From positions 1-50,341 of the IMG/VR virus record IMGVR_UViG_3300030419_000543: 50,341 nt of DNA. One strand, given 5' to 3'. The notes under the pieces are model-generated. The model was not told where the DNA came from. It worked only from the letters and a program-made list of their open reading frames with translations, and did not search any database. How positions within the stretch are numbered: position 1 is the first letter of the stretch; every line of letters starts with the position of its first letter. A program made the translations under genes and the position numbers. This document shows, one piece after another, positions 9,518 to 20,406 of this stretch. This DNA is from a virus. Taxonomy: Duplodnaviria; Caudoviricetes.

Positions 9518-12500
9518 ATGGTTATGAATTTATCTACTCCTTCTCTACAAGATCAAATGCAAAATTTGAATATAGTAGAAAATAATGAAGACGATATAGA
9601 TAACACAACAATAGAAGAACCTTCTTTTATAACAGGAGAAGAAGAATCTGAAGTGTTACTAGGACAAGCTGGTACAGACACTATAAAGATGGATGTTCCT
9701 GAACTGTCTGTTGACGAGGAGGACGATGAAGGTAAAGGTGATGAAGGTTTTGTGTCAACTGTTATAGGGGAAACTGGTCAAGCAGTAGGACAAGTAGGTA
9801 TTGGTTTTACAAAAGGGGCTAAAACTGCCATAGAAGTTATGACAGAGCAATCTGAATCTAATCTAGGACTACTATATAATGTTCAAGAATGGGCTGCAGA
9901 TCATTTAGGTAATATAGGAACTTCAATTTCTAATTTCTTTAATGAAGCTGTTAATGATGATTTTATAGCTGATCCACTTTCTGTTGTGCAAACTCTGTCT
10001 GAAAGAGTAAATGTTCACGGTGCTGCTAATGAAATAATGAATAACACATCTTATAAAAAAGCAATGCGTGATTTAGAAGCAGTTTGGTTAAGAGATTTTC
10101 AAGCATGGCTGGAAGTAGAAGGGCGTGATAAAGGATGGGTAGACGCTTTAGCGTACAATACAGGAACTTGGATAGGTGAATTATCTGTCATGCCAACAGG
10201 TGTCGGAGCTTTAAAGAAGGGCATGGCTTTTACTCGTCCTAAATCCTCTATAGTAAGTGAAGCTTTTAAAGTGGCGCAAAAAGAAGGTGGAATGAAAGAA
10301 GTCTTAAAAAAGTATGATTCTGATACAGCTTCTGTAGTAAAGAAAATGCTAATGAATCAACCAAGCGAATTAACTGGTAGCTGGAGAGAGTTATCGTATA
10401 CTTTATCCAGAGGAGCAGGATACCATACAGGCGCATCAGTTTATTATGGTTGGGGTGGCGGTATAGCTCAGACTGCAGGATATTACGGTATGAAATCTTT
10501 TGGAGATTTTACGGACGAAGAAGCTAAAGGGTACTCTTTAGGATTTGGCTTAATAGGTATGATGATAGGATCAAGACCTTTTACATCTGTTCCTAAAATA
10601 TTTATAAAGAAAACTATCGGAATGATACCTGCAGGATTTAAAGTGCATGGTAGAAAACAAAATTTAGCAGATGTTACACGTATGGGTTTAAAAGTACGTC
10701 ATTTACTTTATGCTGAGTATTATAAAAATCAAGGTAATTCAGCTAAATTTAATGAACATTTATTAAGATACTCAGGTGCTGATAAGAAAACAGCTAAAGA
10801 ATTAGTTTATGATAATGAAGGCAAGGATACAGGATTCTATCTTAATAAAATGGTTGATCATCAAGTTCTAGACGATGCAGTTTCCTTCTTTAGAATGATG
10901 CAGGTAATGGCTAGAGAACATCCAGAATACTATGATTACGTAGTAAAAGGCCAAGCAAGAGTCACTAAAAATCAAGAGAGATTTAATAAAGCATTTAAAG
11001 ATGATCCTGTTATGCTCCAACGTATGCGAGATAATTTTGAAAAAGACTTACGATTAAAAAATAAACATACGGAAGTACATAGCGAAGAGGAGTTAAAAGC
11101 TATTATAGATGATTTTGATATAGAAAACCTTACGATGATGCTTGATCAAGTATTTATGTTAGATTTTATGTCTGCCATTAGAAATAAAGCTGTAAGTGAA
11201 GCTACTCTTAAAACATTAAGTACTAAAGAAGCTATTGATCTTTTTACAGAAGGATATGATTATAATCAAGCGATGATAGGACAGTTAAATATCATTGAAT
11301 CTGCTGTAAAAGCTATGAAAAGTGAAGTAGGTGAGACAACTGATACAGCTAAATTCTTAAATGAAGTTGGAAAAACTTATACTAGAGTAAAAAAAGATAT
11401 AGATGAATCAGATAGTGTTATAAGAAATCTTATAGAAGATGCTGAGATTTCTGCTGAAGGATTATCAGATAGAAATTATATAGAAACTATGCAAGAAATG
11501 ACAGGGTTTAGAAGATTTCTTGGAAAAACTGATGTATCACGAGTACAATCTGAAAAAGAAATGGTGGAAAATGTTAGAACTAGATTTCACCAAAATAGAG
11601 AACAAAAATTAAACCACTATGTAGGTGAATACGCGAAATATGATAATGTAGAAATAGATGCTACACACGTACTTGATAGTCTTGAGGATACATTACAAAA
11701 AGACAAAGTAGTACACGCACTTGGCTCTATCGGAAAAGGAACGGCACAAAGAACTTTAGAACGTACATTACCTCAATTTAAAGCACGTATACGATTAACA
11801 GGTATAAGGAATAAATTTCAATTAGATGATCTTGAAGAAATACCTGAAGGAATGTCTGAAAATGACTACATCGAAGTTATAGTAGAAAGCGCACAAGAGT
11901 TATCTGAACATACAGTTGGTTTGCATACTAGTATAAAAAATATTGATATGGGACATTTTGATATAAACAATATGCGAACTTATTCAAATGATTCTTCACC
12001 TATACAAGATGTTTTTAAAGCACATAAAGAAAATCCCTTAAAAGGTCCAGAATTAGCTACAGAACTAATAGCAGCGATGAGAAGAGAAGCAGATGAGATT
12101 AGTAAAATACCCTCAGAATCCGCAGATATAGATGCGCTTCTTAATACTTTCGCAGAACCTATTATGACAGTAGGCGATGCTCGTCAAATAGCTAAAGCCT
12201 TATTTGAAAGAGCAAGTAAATTATCACCTAGTCGAGAATCATCACAGCGAAGAGATTTGTTCGCATTAGGAAACGATATTATGAACGGTATCGACAAAGG
12301 ATCACCAGAGGATTACGCTTCTGGTGAAATAATAGAAGGTATAAGAGATGTGTCTTCTAATTATAAGAAGGACATTGCAGAAGTCTACTATCAAGGATGG
12401 GGTAAAGATTTTTTAAACTTTCGTCATAGAATAAAAGAATCTGATCCTGCAAGTCTTCCAGACGTTTATGCTGGTATTTTGTTAAAAGGCGATCCTGATT

Positions 12501-14065
12501 TAGCTGCTACTCAATTCAATGATGCCTTTCCTATAGGTAGTGAAGGTAGAGAAGAAGCTGTAGAAGCACTTATGTATTCTATGGGTAGACTTCTCACTCG
12601 TGGATATAGTTTAAATGATTTAGGTAAAAATTTCGATGATTTTGCTGAAAGTTTTGGAGATATAATAGGAACTGATAATATTACTAAATTAAAACAATAT
12701 CATACTTATATTGGGGGTAAATATAAAATAGCTCCTCCTGAGATTGTTGATGATATAAAAACAGTTAAAAGAGCTATTACAACTATGCGTAAAGACACTC
12801 TAGAAGAGTTAGGACTTTCTAGTATCGCACTCTATGCTAAAAGTCCAGAAATTGATCCTGAAAAGTTAGTAAATATGATTTTACATAACACTGCAGGTAG
12901 GAGAGCAGCTAGAAAACAAACTCCAGCAGATATAGTAGAAGAAGGACAAGTACGAGACACAGTAAAAGATGTTGCTGAAGTAACTGAAACAGGCGCAGAT
13001 GTAGATATTGACGCTACATTGAAAAAATCTCAACTACCTGTATTAAGGGGTGGAGAAGAGATTACAGGCGATACTATGTCTATTCTCATAGAAGCTAATC
13101 CTGAATTACGTAAACCATTACAAAACATTTATATACAATATCTATTGGATAAAGCTATAGTGCCTACACAAACTAAGAAGCTTGATAGGTTGTCTGGTTC
13201 ATTAGACTTACAAAAAGAATTGAAAATAGACGAATTTTCTTCAGTTTTTTCAAAAAATAGAAAAGTGTTATCAAAACTATTTGATGAAAAACAAATGAGA
13301 AACATGCAAATTTTATTTGAAACTGGTGTTGCTTCTGCAGGAAAGAACATGGCTCTCAGAGTTTTAAATATGGCAGCAGAGCCTACAACATCAAGCAGAG
13401 CTTCTAGATTATTCGCACTACAAAGAAAAGTAGTAGGTATGCCTTATCTAGCTACTGAGCAAATGGTTATGAAATATCAACGAGAGAAGGCAGCATTTCT
13501 TAAACGTATAATATTCGATCCTGAATTTGCTGAAATGTTAAAAGTAATGAGTACGTCTAAAGTACCCGGAGAAAAACATCTTGGTAAATTTATAGCAAGT
13601 ATTCGCGCAACGTATGGAGAAGATTCTGTTCATAGACAAGATATCCGCTTTATTAGAGAAGATTTAGCTAGAGGATGGCAAGCCTTTGAAGATTTCAAAA
13701 ACTTCAAAATTGATATAGGACATTTAGAAAGACTATATGGTGGTAAATTAAATCAAGAACAACTTCGACAAATTGTGTCTGGATTACGTGAAATGAAGAC
13801 AAAGTATACTTTGCCTGAAAGAAGTAAAGACATGTTTGAAGACGTATTTATGGGTTTACCAGCAGGGACACCATTTTTATCTCCTAGAAGTATGGTAGCT
13901 GGTAAGATGTGGACGAAAGCTCTTCAACATTTACCTGAAAGTGGTAAAAAACGGTTAGCTGAAGCAGAAGAGAAGTCTCTAGGAGAAACAGCGAAAAAAA
14001 TAAGAGAGTATGAAGAAAGACAAATATTACAAGGTCTTATTGGTAAAAATAAACCTAACTTTTAA
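9518..14065 (+). CDS. Very large putative internal virion (ejection) protein
   Basis: 1515 aa; acidic N-terminus, Gly-rich hydrophobic segments and helical body; position analogous to T7 gp16. Confidence 0.55.
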   Translation: MVMNLSTPSLQDQMQNLNIVENNEDDIDNTTIEEPSFITGEEESEVLLGQAGTDTIKMDVPELSVDEEDDEGKGDEGFVSTVIGETGQAVGQVGIGFTKGAKTAIEVMTEQSESNLGLLYNVQEWAADHLGNIGTSISNFFNEAVNDDFIADPLSVVQTLSERVNVHGAANEIMNNTSYKKAMRDLEAVWLRDFQAWLEVEGRDKGWVDALAYNTGTWIGELSVMPTGVGALKKGMAFTRPKSSIVSEAFKVAQKEGGMKEVLKKYDSDTASVVKKMLMNQPSELTGSWRELSYTLSRGAGYHTGASVYYGWGGGIAQTAGYYGMKSFGDFTDEEAKGYSLGFGLIGMMIGSRPFTSVPKIFIKKTIGMIPAGFKVHGRKQNLADVTRMGLKVRHLLYAEYYKNQGNSAKFNEHLLRYSGADKKTAKELVYDNEGKDTGFYLNKMVDHQVLDDAVSFFRMMQVMAREHPEYYDYVVKGQARVTKNQERFNKAFKDDPVMLQRMRDNFEKDLRLKNKHTEVHSEEELKAIIDDFDIENLTMMLDQVFMLDFMSAIRNKAVSEATLKTLSTKEAIDLFTEGYDYNQAMIGQLNIIESAVKAMKSEVGETTDTAKFLNEVGKTYTRVKKDIDESDSVIRNLIEDAEISAEGLSDRNYIETMQEMTGFRRFLGKTDVSRVQSEKEMVENVRTRFHQNREQKLNHYVGEYAKYDNVEIDATHVLDSLEDTLQKDKVVHALGSIGKGTAQRTLERTLPQFKARIRLTGIRNKFQLDDLEEIPEGMSENDYIEVIVESAQELSEHTVGLHTSIKNIDMGHFDINNMRTYSNDSSPIQDVFKAHKENPLKGPELATELIAAMRREADEISKIPSESADIDALLNTFAEPIMTVGDARQIAKALFERASKLSPSRESSQRRDLFALGNDIMNGIDKGSPEDYASGEIIEGIRDVSSNYKKDIAEVYYQGWGKDFLNFRHRIKESDPASLPDVYAGILLKGDPDLAATQFNDAFPIGSEGREEAVEALMYSMGRLLTRGYSLNDLGKNFDDFAESFGDIIGTDNITKLKQYHTYIGGKYKIAPPEIVDDIKTVKRAITTMRKDTLEELGLSSIALYAKSPEIDPEKLVNMILHNTAGRRAARKQTPADIVEEGQVRDTVKDVAEVTETGADVDIDATLKKSQLPVLRGGEEITGDTMSILIEANPELRKPLQNIYIQYLLDKAIVPTQTKKLDRLSGSLDLQKELKIDEFSSVFSKNRKVLSKLFDEKQMRNMQILFETGVASAGKNMALRVLNMAAEPTTSSRASRLFALQRKVVGMPYLATEQMVMKYQREKAAFLKRIIFDPEFAEMLKVMSTSKVPGEKHLGKFIASIRATYGEDSVHRQDIRFIREDLARGWQAFEDFKNFKIDIGHLERLYGGKLNQEQLRQIVSGLREMKTKYTLPERSKDMFEDVFMGLPAGTPFLSPRSMVAGKMWTKALQHLPESGKKRLAEAEEKSLGETAKKIREYEERQILQGLIGKNKPNF

Positions 14066-14076
14066 GGACAATTAAC

Positions 14077-14466
14077 ATGATACCTTTAATCGGTCCTATT
14101 ATCAGTGCAGTAAGCAGCATAGGCGGCTCTTGGATGGAGAATAAGCTCCAAGAGACTAAGGCTAAATCGCAGGTAAAGATTGCTAAAGCTGAAGCTGAAG
14201 CAGAGGTACACAAGAAAGTTGCTACTGGTGAGGTTGAATGGGAAAAAGCTATGGCGAAGGCTAGTGGCGATAGCTGGAAAGACGAGTACCTAGTAGTTGT
14301 ATTGACCGTACCAGCCATTCTAGTCTTTATACCGGGCATGGAAGATATAATACAGAGAGGATTTATGGTGTTAGATACGCTACCTGATTGGTATCAGAAT
14401 GCCTTGATGATAGCTATATCAGCTTCCTTCGGTATCAAAGGGTTTACTAAATTCCTACGTAAGTAA
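14077..14466 (+). CDS. Holin-like membrane protein (3TM holin type)
   Basis: AAGGA RBS; SWKDEY followed by a TM, then LPDWYQ..L..AISASFGIK. Confidence 0.7.
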   Translation: MIPLIGPIISAVSSIGGSWMENKLQETKAKSQVKIAKAEAEAEVHKKVATGEVEWEKAMAKASGDSWKDEYLVVVLTVPAILVFIPGMEDIIQRGFMVLDTLPDWYQNALMIAISASFGIKGFTKFLRK

Positions 14467-14676
14467 CTTATTAATATCCTCGTAATACGTAGTACTGAGC
14501 TTCTTCAAGCGTTTAATAAACTCTGCTATCAAATAAGTATTCTCATACTCAGGTAGCTTAACTTCCATCACATCATAGAAATCTTCTACGGGAACATCAG
14601 AGTATTCAACCTCTATGTTCCCTTTCGTATTTAAGAATACTTTAACTTCTGATAATACAGTCTCTGCTTCCCTCAT
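14455..14676 (-). CDS. Hypothetical protein
   Basis: ATGA-coupled to the nrdJ stop; last gene of the leftward operon. Confidence 0.6.
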   Translation of the reverse strand: MREAETVLSEVKVFLNTKGNIEVEYSDVPVEDFYDVMEVKLPEYENTYLIAEFIKRLKKLSTTYYEDINKLLT

Positions 14677-16637
14677 ATATCCACTACTTCACACACTCCA
14701 GCAGTACAGGCTAGTTCCTGAGATGCCTTCGTGTTATCCTCTGTTTCAAATTCGTTGAGTTTATCCCAATCTATTTTCTTAGGAGTTTTCTTAAATAACT
14801 CCTCGTATTCTTCTTTAGTACACTCTTGATAAGGTGCTTGTCTATATGAATGATCAGAGTACGGTAAGAAGCTTATACCACTCAACCTATCAAAATGTTT
14901 ATAGCACCACGCACCTACTTCCATCCATTCTTCTTCCTTAACACTTATAGTAATAGATGGTTTGTGTTCACACCAGTTTTCGCTGTACGTGAGCCATAGC
15001 TCCATATGATCTATTGCAGATAGGTCTTTCCTGAATACTGCCTTATTAGAACATTTAATAGGAAAGGAGAAGACAGTATTGTGTTCAGGTGACATTACAT
15101 CAGGTTCATTATAGACTTCTGCATCTTTAAGGAACTTAGTCAAAGGGTCTTTGTTATCAGCCCTGACAGTTCTAATATAATACTGAGAATGTCGAGGATG
15201 AATACCGCTTGCAGAGTCGGTTAACTGACTTACAGTACCAGACGGTTTGACGCACGTAATAGCCGCTGAAGGTTCGATGCCTAATAGATCAGACCAGACC
15301 TTATTAGTCTCTACTGCATGTTCACGTAGCATACGTAAGCGTTTCTCTAAGTACGGTCCATTCTTATTAAGTAGTGGACAGTCCATTATACCCGTCAAGG
15401 ATACGCCTAATAGACGCTCCTTCTCTGTAATATCTTTCCAACGTTTACGTAGATAATTAAAGTCTGTAAGAGTAGCTTGGAAGGTTCCTAATATCGTAGC
15501 ATACTCCACCTTCTTCATCAGGGTTTCTTCTGTGTCATCATAGCGGCATACAGCTTCTGTGAGATTACAGAATTGATGAGGATGTAGAATAATCTCACTA
15601 CAGGGATTAGTACCGTAGTGAGCATCATTAGGTCTACGCTCGAAACGTGAGGCTTGCCACTGTGCAGCTTCTCTATTGAATAGACCACGCTCTCCTGACT
15701 TACTCATTACTAAGGCAAGCCACTCCTGCATGAAACTCTCCATGCTAGGACGGTGCGTGTAGGCTACGGAGTTATTCGCCAATGCTCTCTGAGGATCAGT
15801 CTTCCACCATTCACCTGCTTTGGCATGGCGCATACGATCATCATATAGATCACTGAGAGATAACAACGCAGACCTACGCACCCCACCAGAGACTACTACT
15901 TCACCTATCTTACAGACGATATCATGGCACTCAATAGAGGAGAGTTGCCGCCCGTAAGCATTCTTAAATACATTTATTGTAAAATTAAATAAATCCTCTA
16001 AAGGTTCTGGACCTGATGCTCTACCACCGAATGTCTTTAACCTAGCTCCAGCAGGTCTAATTTTACTATAATCTATCTTAGGTATTCTATTAGTATATAA
16101 ATAACTAATAAGATCACGTAAGCTTCTCGCCCATCCTTCTTTACTATCTGCTACGGAGATAGTGTCATCTGTGTTCTCGAAAGGTTTGTTAGGAATAGAA
16201 GGCAAGCAGTTTACGAACTTACGTTCCACTGAGAAACCAACACCTGTACCGTTCATAAGTATATAGAGTATTTCATCGAAGCAACGTGTATGATCTATAT
16301 GAACGTAAGAGCAATTATATCCTGCTATATTCTCTCTTAACAGAGCAGGTCCAGCCGTCATAAAAGCTCTCATAGACGGCATGACTTTCTGATCCCATAT
16401 CATATCATATAGTTCAGATAGAGTATCGTCTAGTGTATCCTTATTGATCTTATGATCTAAGGTGTTAATGTGTTCAAGCATAAAAGAGAGATAACGATCT
16501 ATAGTATCGTCCCAATCTTCTCGTCTACTAGACTCATCTATCCAACGAGCATATCTACTCTTATAGATAAAAGACTGATAACTGTCGAAGTTATCTCTAA
16601 TGTCTAAAGCATCATTCAGTTTCATTGGCATGATCAA
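14673..16637 (-). CDS. nrdJ: Class II (adenosylcobalamin-dependent) ribonucleotide reductase, monomeric RTPR type
   Basis: MPSMRA, YNCSY, GTGVGFSVE, GGVRRSAL, TNPCSEI (thiyl Cys), VKPSGTVSQL and C-terminal CTAGVC redox pair; no beta subunit nearby. Confidence 0.93.
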   Translation of the reverse strand: MIMPMKLNDALDIRDNFDSYQSFIYKSRYARWIDESSRREDWDDTIDRYLSFMLEHINTLDHKINKDTLDDTLSELYDMIWDQKVMPSMRAFMTAGPALLRENIAGYNCSYVHIDHTRCFDEILYILMNGTGVGFSVERKFVNCLPSIPNKPFENTDDTISVADSKEGWARSLRDLISYLYTNRIPKIDYSKIRPAGARLKTFGGRASGPEPLEDLFNFTINVFKNAYGRQLSSIECHDIVCKIGEVVVSGGVRRSALLSLSDLYDDRMRHAKAGEWWKTDPQRALANNSVAYTHRPSMESFMQEWLALVMSKSGERGLFNREAAQWQASRFERRPNDAHYGTNPCSEIILHPHQFCNLTEAVCRYDDTEETLMKKVEYATILGTFQATLTDFNYLRKRWKDITEKERLLGVSLTGIMDCPLLNKNGPYLEKRLRMLREHAVETNKVWSDLLGIEPSAAITCVKPSGTVSQLTDSASGIHPRHSQYYIRTVRADNKDPLTKFLKDAEVYNEPDVMSPEHNTVFSFPIKCSNKAVFRKDLSAIDHMELWLTYSENWCEHKPSITISVKEEEWMEVGAWCYKHFDRLSGISFLPYSDHSYRQAPYQECTKEEYEELFKKTPKKIDWDKLNEFETEDNTKASQELACTAGVCEVVDI

Positions 16638-16920
16638 ACAAAGTAAAGGTTGTTTCGTTACTTGCTTCTATCTTCTCAACTTCTTTAATGAGCTTAGTAA
16701 GATACCACTGAGCTTTGCGTAAGTCTTTCAGCTTATCACCTTTATAATTACACCGCCAGAGATATTTCAATACAGTACCACGTACATACTCACAAAAAGC
16801 ATTAGGTTCCATAGTAGCATGAATAGCATCTATACACTCTATGCCATCGTGGTTAAGTTTATAATGTTCTGGACTATTAACATCATCCGTAACTTTTACA
16901 CCAAATTCAACTTGCGTCAT
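16612..16920 (-). CDS. DUF3310 / T7 gp1.7-like nucleotide kinase family protein
   Basis: DDVNSPEHY..GIECIDAI...KYLWR..YKG...DLRKAQWYL signature; ATG 16920 is the likelier start. Confidence 0.8.
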   Translation of the reverse strand: MTQVEFGVKVTDDVNSPEHYKLNHDGIECIDAIHATMEPNAFCEYVRGTVLKYLWRCNYKGDKLKDLRKAQWYLTKLIKEVEKIEASNETTFTLFDHANETE

Positions 16921-17365
16921 CTTCTCCGTTACCCTTCTTTTCTTTATCCTTAAACACATAATTTGCACTTACAGGTAACGTAACCTCGTCACCTTCAGCC
17001 ATCTTCTTATAGTCTGAAAAAGATACTACATCACCTTCACTAACTATGTCAAGTCTTCTATCTTGAACTTTCTCAATAAAATCGAAACCTTTAGCCGCTA
17101 CTCTGTCACAATCTTCATCTAATATGGATAATAACCCGTAAGCAATAACAGTTGCGATGGTAGGCTCTTTTTCTTTAGTAGCTGTAAAGTCAAATATAGA
17201 TAAATTAAAATTACTCTTATCGTCTTTAAAAGTCTCTAACATCAGGAGAACGCCGGGGTTTGTGTTATCATTACTTTTAAGAGAACTGCTTTTTAAACTA
17301 CCACTGTGCATTATATGGTCTAAGTTCTTTAAACGTTCTAGGGCTTCGTCTTCACCTTCATCCAT
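16907..17365 (-). CDS. Hypothetical protein
   Basis: 152-aa ORF overlapping both neighbours in the operon. Confidence 0.6.
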   Translation of the reverse strand: MDEGEDEALERLKNLDHIMHSGSLKSSSLKSNDNTNPGVLLMLETFKDDKSNFNLSIFDFTATKEKEPTIATVIAYGLLSILDEDCDRVAAKGFDFIEKVQDRRLDIVSEGDVVSFSDYKKMAEGDEVTLPVSANYVFKDKEKKGNGEDDAS

Positions 17366-17715
17366 TCTTCGGGCATCCTTTTATCTGCATGTAAAAAGCC
17401 ATTCTTCTCACACCACTGAGCATACGTTGTCCTAGAACGTTTGTCAAGCTTATTCCTTGAATTTAAAAATACGAAACGTATATCAACATCAGGATATTGC
17501 TCTTTAATAAGTAGATGTTTAGTTCTATCAGCGGCAAAGAAACGTCCTTTAGTTTCTACGTAAAAATTACCCTCACATATATAGAAGTCAGGTGTGTACG
17601 TTCTAGGTTTAGGTATGTATTGTATAACATCTTGTTCGTATAAAGAAGCTATCTCTCTTTCACGTAAATCTCTAGCGAAATTAGCTTCGAATTGAGAACG
17701 ATAACGCCTAGACAT
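17338..17715 (-). CDS. T7 endonuclease I-like Holliday junction resolvase
   Basis: YRSQFE, YTPDF, VETKGRF...DRTKHLLIKEQYP..DIRFVF, YAQWCEKNGF. Confidence 0.92.
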   Translation of the reverse strand: MSRRYRSQFEANFARDLREREIASLYEQDVIQYIPKPRTYTPDFYICEGNFYVETKGRFFAADRTKHLLIKEQYPDVDIRFVFLNSRNKLDKRSRTTYAQWCEKNGFLHADKRMPEEWMKVKTKP

Positions 17716-17947
17716 TTAACTCAAGTTTCTCAGGTACACATGAAATAGACTTTATTGCACCTTTATATTCAAATTCAGCGATAGCAAATTGTTTAATCTC
17801 TTCCAGATTATTTTTAACATGTTCGACACATTCATCTACATCATGAAACAATAAAGGTTTACCGTCTTTTAAATCAATAGTAATGGCATCATTACCTACG
17901 TGTAAAGGATCGAACATAAACATTATTACGAATATAACCCATTTCAT
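17708..17947 (-). CDS. Hypothetical protein
   Basis: 79-aa ORF with hydrophobic N-terminus, coupled to its neighbours. Confidence 0.55.
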   Translation of the reverse strand: MKWVIFVIMFMFDPLHVGNDAITIDLKDGKPLLFHDVDECVEHVKNNLEEIKQFAIAEFEYKGAIKSISCVPEKLELNV

Positions 17948-17948
17948 A

Positions 17949-19547
17949 TTATAACTCTTCCACTTTATTGTAAAGCAATTCAGCTTCAGTGATACGCCCT
18001 GTCACATAGTCATAGTACAACTTAGTACATTGACCTGTCAAACCACTAAATCTATTCTTTATTACACGTACGTATGTCGTATGTCGTTCTATTATACAGT
18101 CTGCTTGACCATTACGTTCTAACCCGATTACAAGGTCACTTAGTTGTCCTATGGAATGTGATCCTCTAAGGTCACTCAAGCTCACGTTAGTCGAGTTAGT
18201 CTCGTGTGATCCATTAGACGGTCTGCGTAGATGTGATACCATGAACAGAGTGATACCTAGCTCCTGTACGAGTGTACGTAATTTAGTAACGCAAGCGTCT
18301 ATCGTCTTACGCTCGTCTAACGTACCTTCTTGCGAACTCACTAGAATAGAGATGTGATCCAGCACAACGTACCTGCAACCTAACGCTCTGACTAAATAAC
18401 GTATACGGGCTATAACATTCTCTATGGTATTAGAGCCAAAGTGATCGAAGAAGTAAAATCTATCAGAGGCTAAGACTTCATTGAAGGCTTTCTTATATTC
18501 ATCATTAGTGTATTCCGTATCAGGAAGATGTAATGGCTTATTTATATGTAAACTCATTAAGCTTTCAGCCGTAGTACGTACGTTCTCTTCCATGAACATA
18601 AGACCTATGTTCTCTTTAGTATTTCGAAAGATATGATAGACTATCTCACGTATGAAACTACTCTTACCTATGCCCGTACCAGCGCAGATAGTGACTAACT
18701 CGCCTTCACGAATACCATAGGCCATATTATTTAAGCCTTCAAAGGGATAATCTACTTTAGCCTTAACTGGCCCTTCTATCAACGTATCCCATAAATCCTT
18801 ACCAGCTACTATACCATCAGGAGTGTAGCATTCAGCATTCCACCAATCAGCTACGAATTCAGTTTCCTTACCACCCATCAAGTAATCAGAAGCATCTTTA
18901 TAGCGAAGCTTCATTATCTTAGCTTTAGGAGATAATAATTCTGCTACTTTCTTAGCATTCTCAATACCGACTTTATCATTGTCGAAACATATAACTATAT
19001 TGTCGAAGCTCATCAAGTACTCGTAGTTCTCTTCTACGTCTTTAGCGGCTCCTGCGGCTCCTGTCTTTAGACTTAGGCAAGGCCACTTATTATCGAACAT
19101 CTGGTGTGCCGATAACGCATCTAGTTCACCTTCACAAAGTGTGACAAATTTGCCACCCTTCTTAAAAACTTGTTGACCGAATAAACCAGAAGAACTTATG
19201 TCACCTTCTGATATGAAACGTTTATCCTTTCCACGTATCTTATTGGCTATGTGTTCATTCCAACTGTTAAAATAGGGATAGTAATGATGACCATCATCTC
19301 CTATAGTAACTGAATATCGCAAGCAAGTTTCAGACGTTATATTCCTACGTGGCATTGACTTGGTTGTACCTACGTGAAGATTATCATTAGTCTTACTCTT
19401 AGGTGCTTTCTCTTCCACGACAATTTCTCCATCATTGGCTCTAGTGGTTTTACAAGAGAAGCAGTACGTCCCGTCTACGTAAATAGATAGAGCGTCACTG
19501 CTTCCACAATCGGAGCAAGGTAAATGTGCTTGTAAAGCGTTACCCAT
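17949..19547 (-). CDS. T7 gp4-like primase-helicase
   Basis: Zn finger CSDCGSSDA..YCFSC; TOPRIM EGELDA and FDND; Walker A AGTGIGKS; LDHISI; LRGS.SIGQLSD; KNRFSG. Confidence 0.95.
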   Translation of the reverse strand: MGNALQAHLPCSDCGSSDALSIYVDGTYCFSCKTTRANDGEIVVEEKAPKSKTNDNLHVGTTKSMPRRNITSETCLRYSVTIGDDGHHYYPYFNSWNEHIANKIRGKDKRFISEGDISSSGLFGQQVFKKGGKFVTLCEGELDALSAHQMFDNKWPCLSLKTGAAGAAKDVEENYEYLMSFDNIVICFDNDKVGIENAKKVAELLSPKAKIMKLRYKDASDYLMGGKETEFVADWWNAECYTPDGIVAGKDLWDTLIEGPVKAKVDYPFEGLNNMAYGIREGELVTICAGTGIGKSSFIREIVYHIFRNTKENIGLMFMEENVRTTAESLMSLHINKPLHLPDTEYTNDEYKKAFNEVLASDRFYFFDHFGSNTIENVIARIRYLVRALGCRYVVLDHISILVSSQEGTLDERKTIDACVTKLRTLVQELGITLFMVSHLRRPSNGSHETNSTNVSLSDLRGSHSIGQLSDLVIGLERNGQADCIIERHTTYVRVIKNRFSGLTGQCTKLYYDYVTGRITEAELLYNKVEEL

Positions 19548-20406
19548 TATAGTTCAGTACTTCATCTACGTTAGGTAGTTTAGTTACTTTAGTAAAGTAT
19601 TTATATCCATTAGCATATTGAAACACTCTTAGACCTTTACCGTTATTACTGTCTTTCCAACAGATATCCTTATAGTTACAGAATACGCAGCCCTTATCAA
19701 GAATACGATTACCAGACGTACCAATAGGAATATCAGGATGACATAGTTCGGGCATCTCTTTAGAGGCTACTATCTTCTTTAACTCTTTCACTCTCTTAGA
19801 GGCGTTTATTGTAGTAAGCTCGTCTATGGTCATCAGAGTTATCTCACCGTTATTCTTATTAATGGCGAAGAACGCACCCTCATCTAAATTCATAGCTTCC
19901 ATATAAGAACTTATCTGACCTATGTAACCGAAAGGATCAGAGTTAATTAAATCACCTTCTTTAAATTTTTTAAATCCATAATCAGAAGCAGACTTTACAT
20001 CTACTAGAACCCCATCAATAACAGCATCTATGTGTCCTGTGATACCTTCCAAGGTAACTTCTTTCTGTTGATCCTTGACATCGTGACCTGCTTCTTTAGC
20101 GAGGAATAGTAACATAGCCTCTAAGATATGTCCGTAGAAGAAACGCATACGTTGTTGTGGTATCTCTTTACGCTGTACAGGATCGTTAATTTCGAACCAT
20201 AGTTTACGGTTCTCACGACCTACGGCAGACAGACGTAAACGTTTCCTTTCGCCCTCATAAGGTGCAAGGAACTTAATAACTTCATCTTTCATAGTAGCTA
20301 AGAAGTCATTAAGGTTATCCTCATTAACTTCTTTCTCGCCAGTATCTATTAAATTCAAGATATCTTCTACGAGAGTAGTTATATTCTTTTTTTTCTTTCT
20401 TGGCAT
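19540..20406 (-). CDS. PD-(D/E)XK (Cas4-like) exonuclease
   Basis: LRLSAVG, YGHILE, GHIDAVIDGVLVDVKSAS, DPFGYIGQ..Y and C-terminal CVFC..K..CW. Confidence 0.85.
   Translation of the reverse strand: MPRKKKKNITTLVEDILNLIDTGEKEVNEDNLNDFLATMKDEVIKFLAPYEGERKRLRLSAVGRENRKLWFEINDPVQRKEIPQQRMRFFYGHILEAMLLFLAKEAGHDVKDQQKEVTLEGITGHIDAVIDGVLVDVKSASDYGFKKFKEGDLINSDPFGYIGQISSYMEAMNLDEGAFFAINKNNGEITLMTIDELTTINASKRVKELKKIVASKEMPELCHPDIPIGTSGNRILDKGCVFCNYKDICWKDSNNGKGLRVFQYANGYKYFTKVTKLPNVDEVLNYNG

Noticed and set aside
19540-20406. Cas4-like nuclease as evidence of a CRISPR-Cas system
   Set aside because: It is a standard stand-alone replication-module exonuclease; no other cas genes or array are present.
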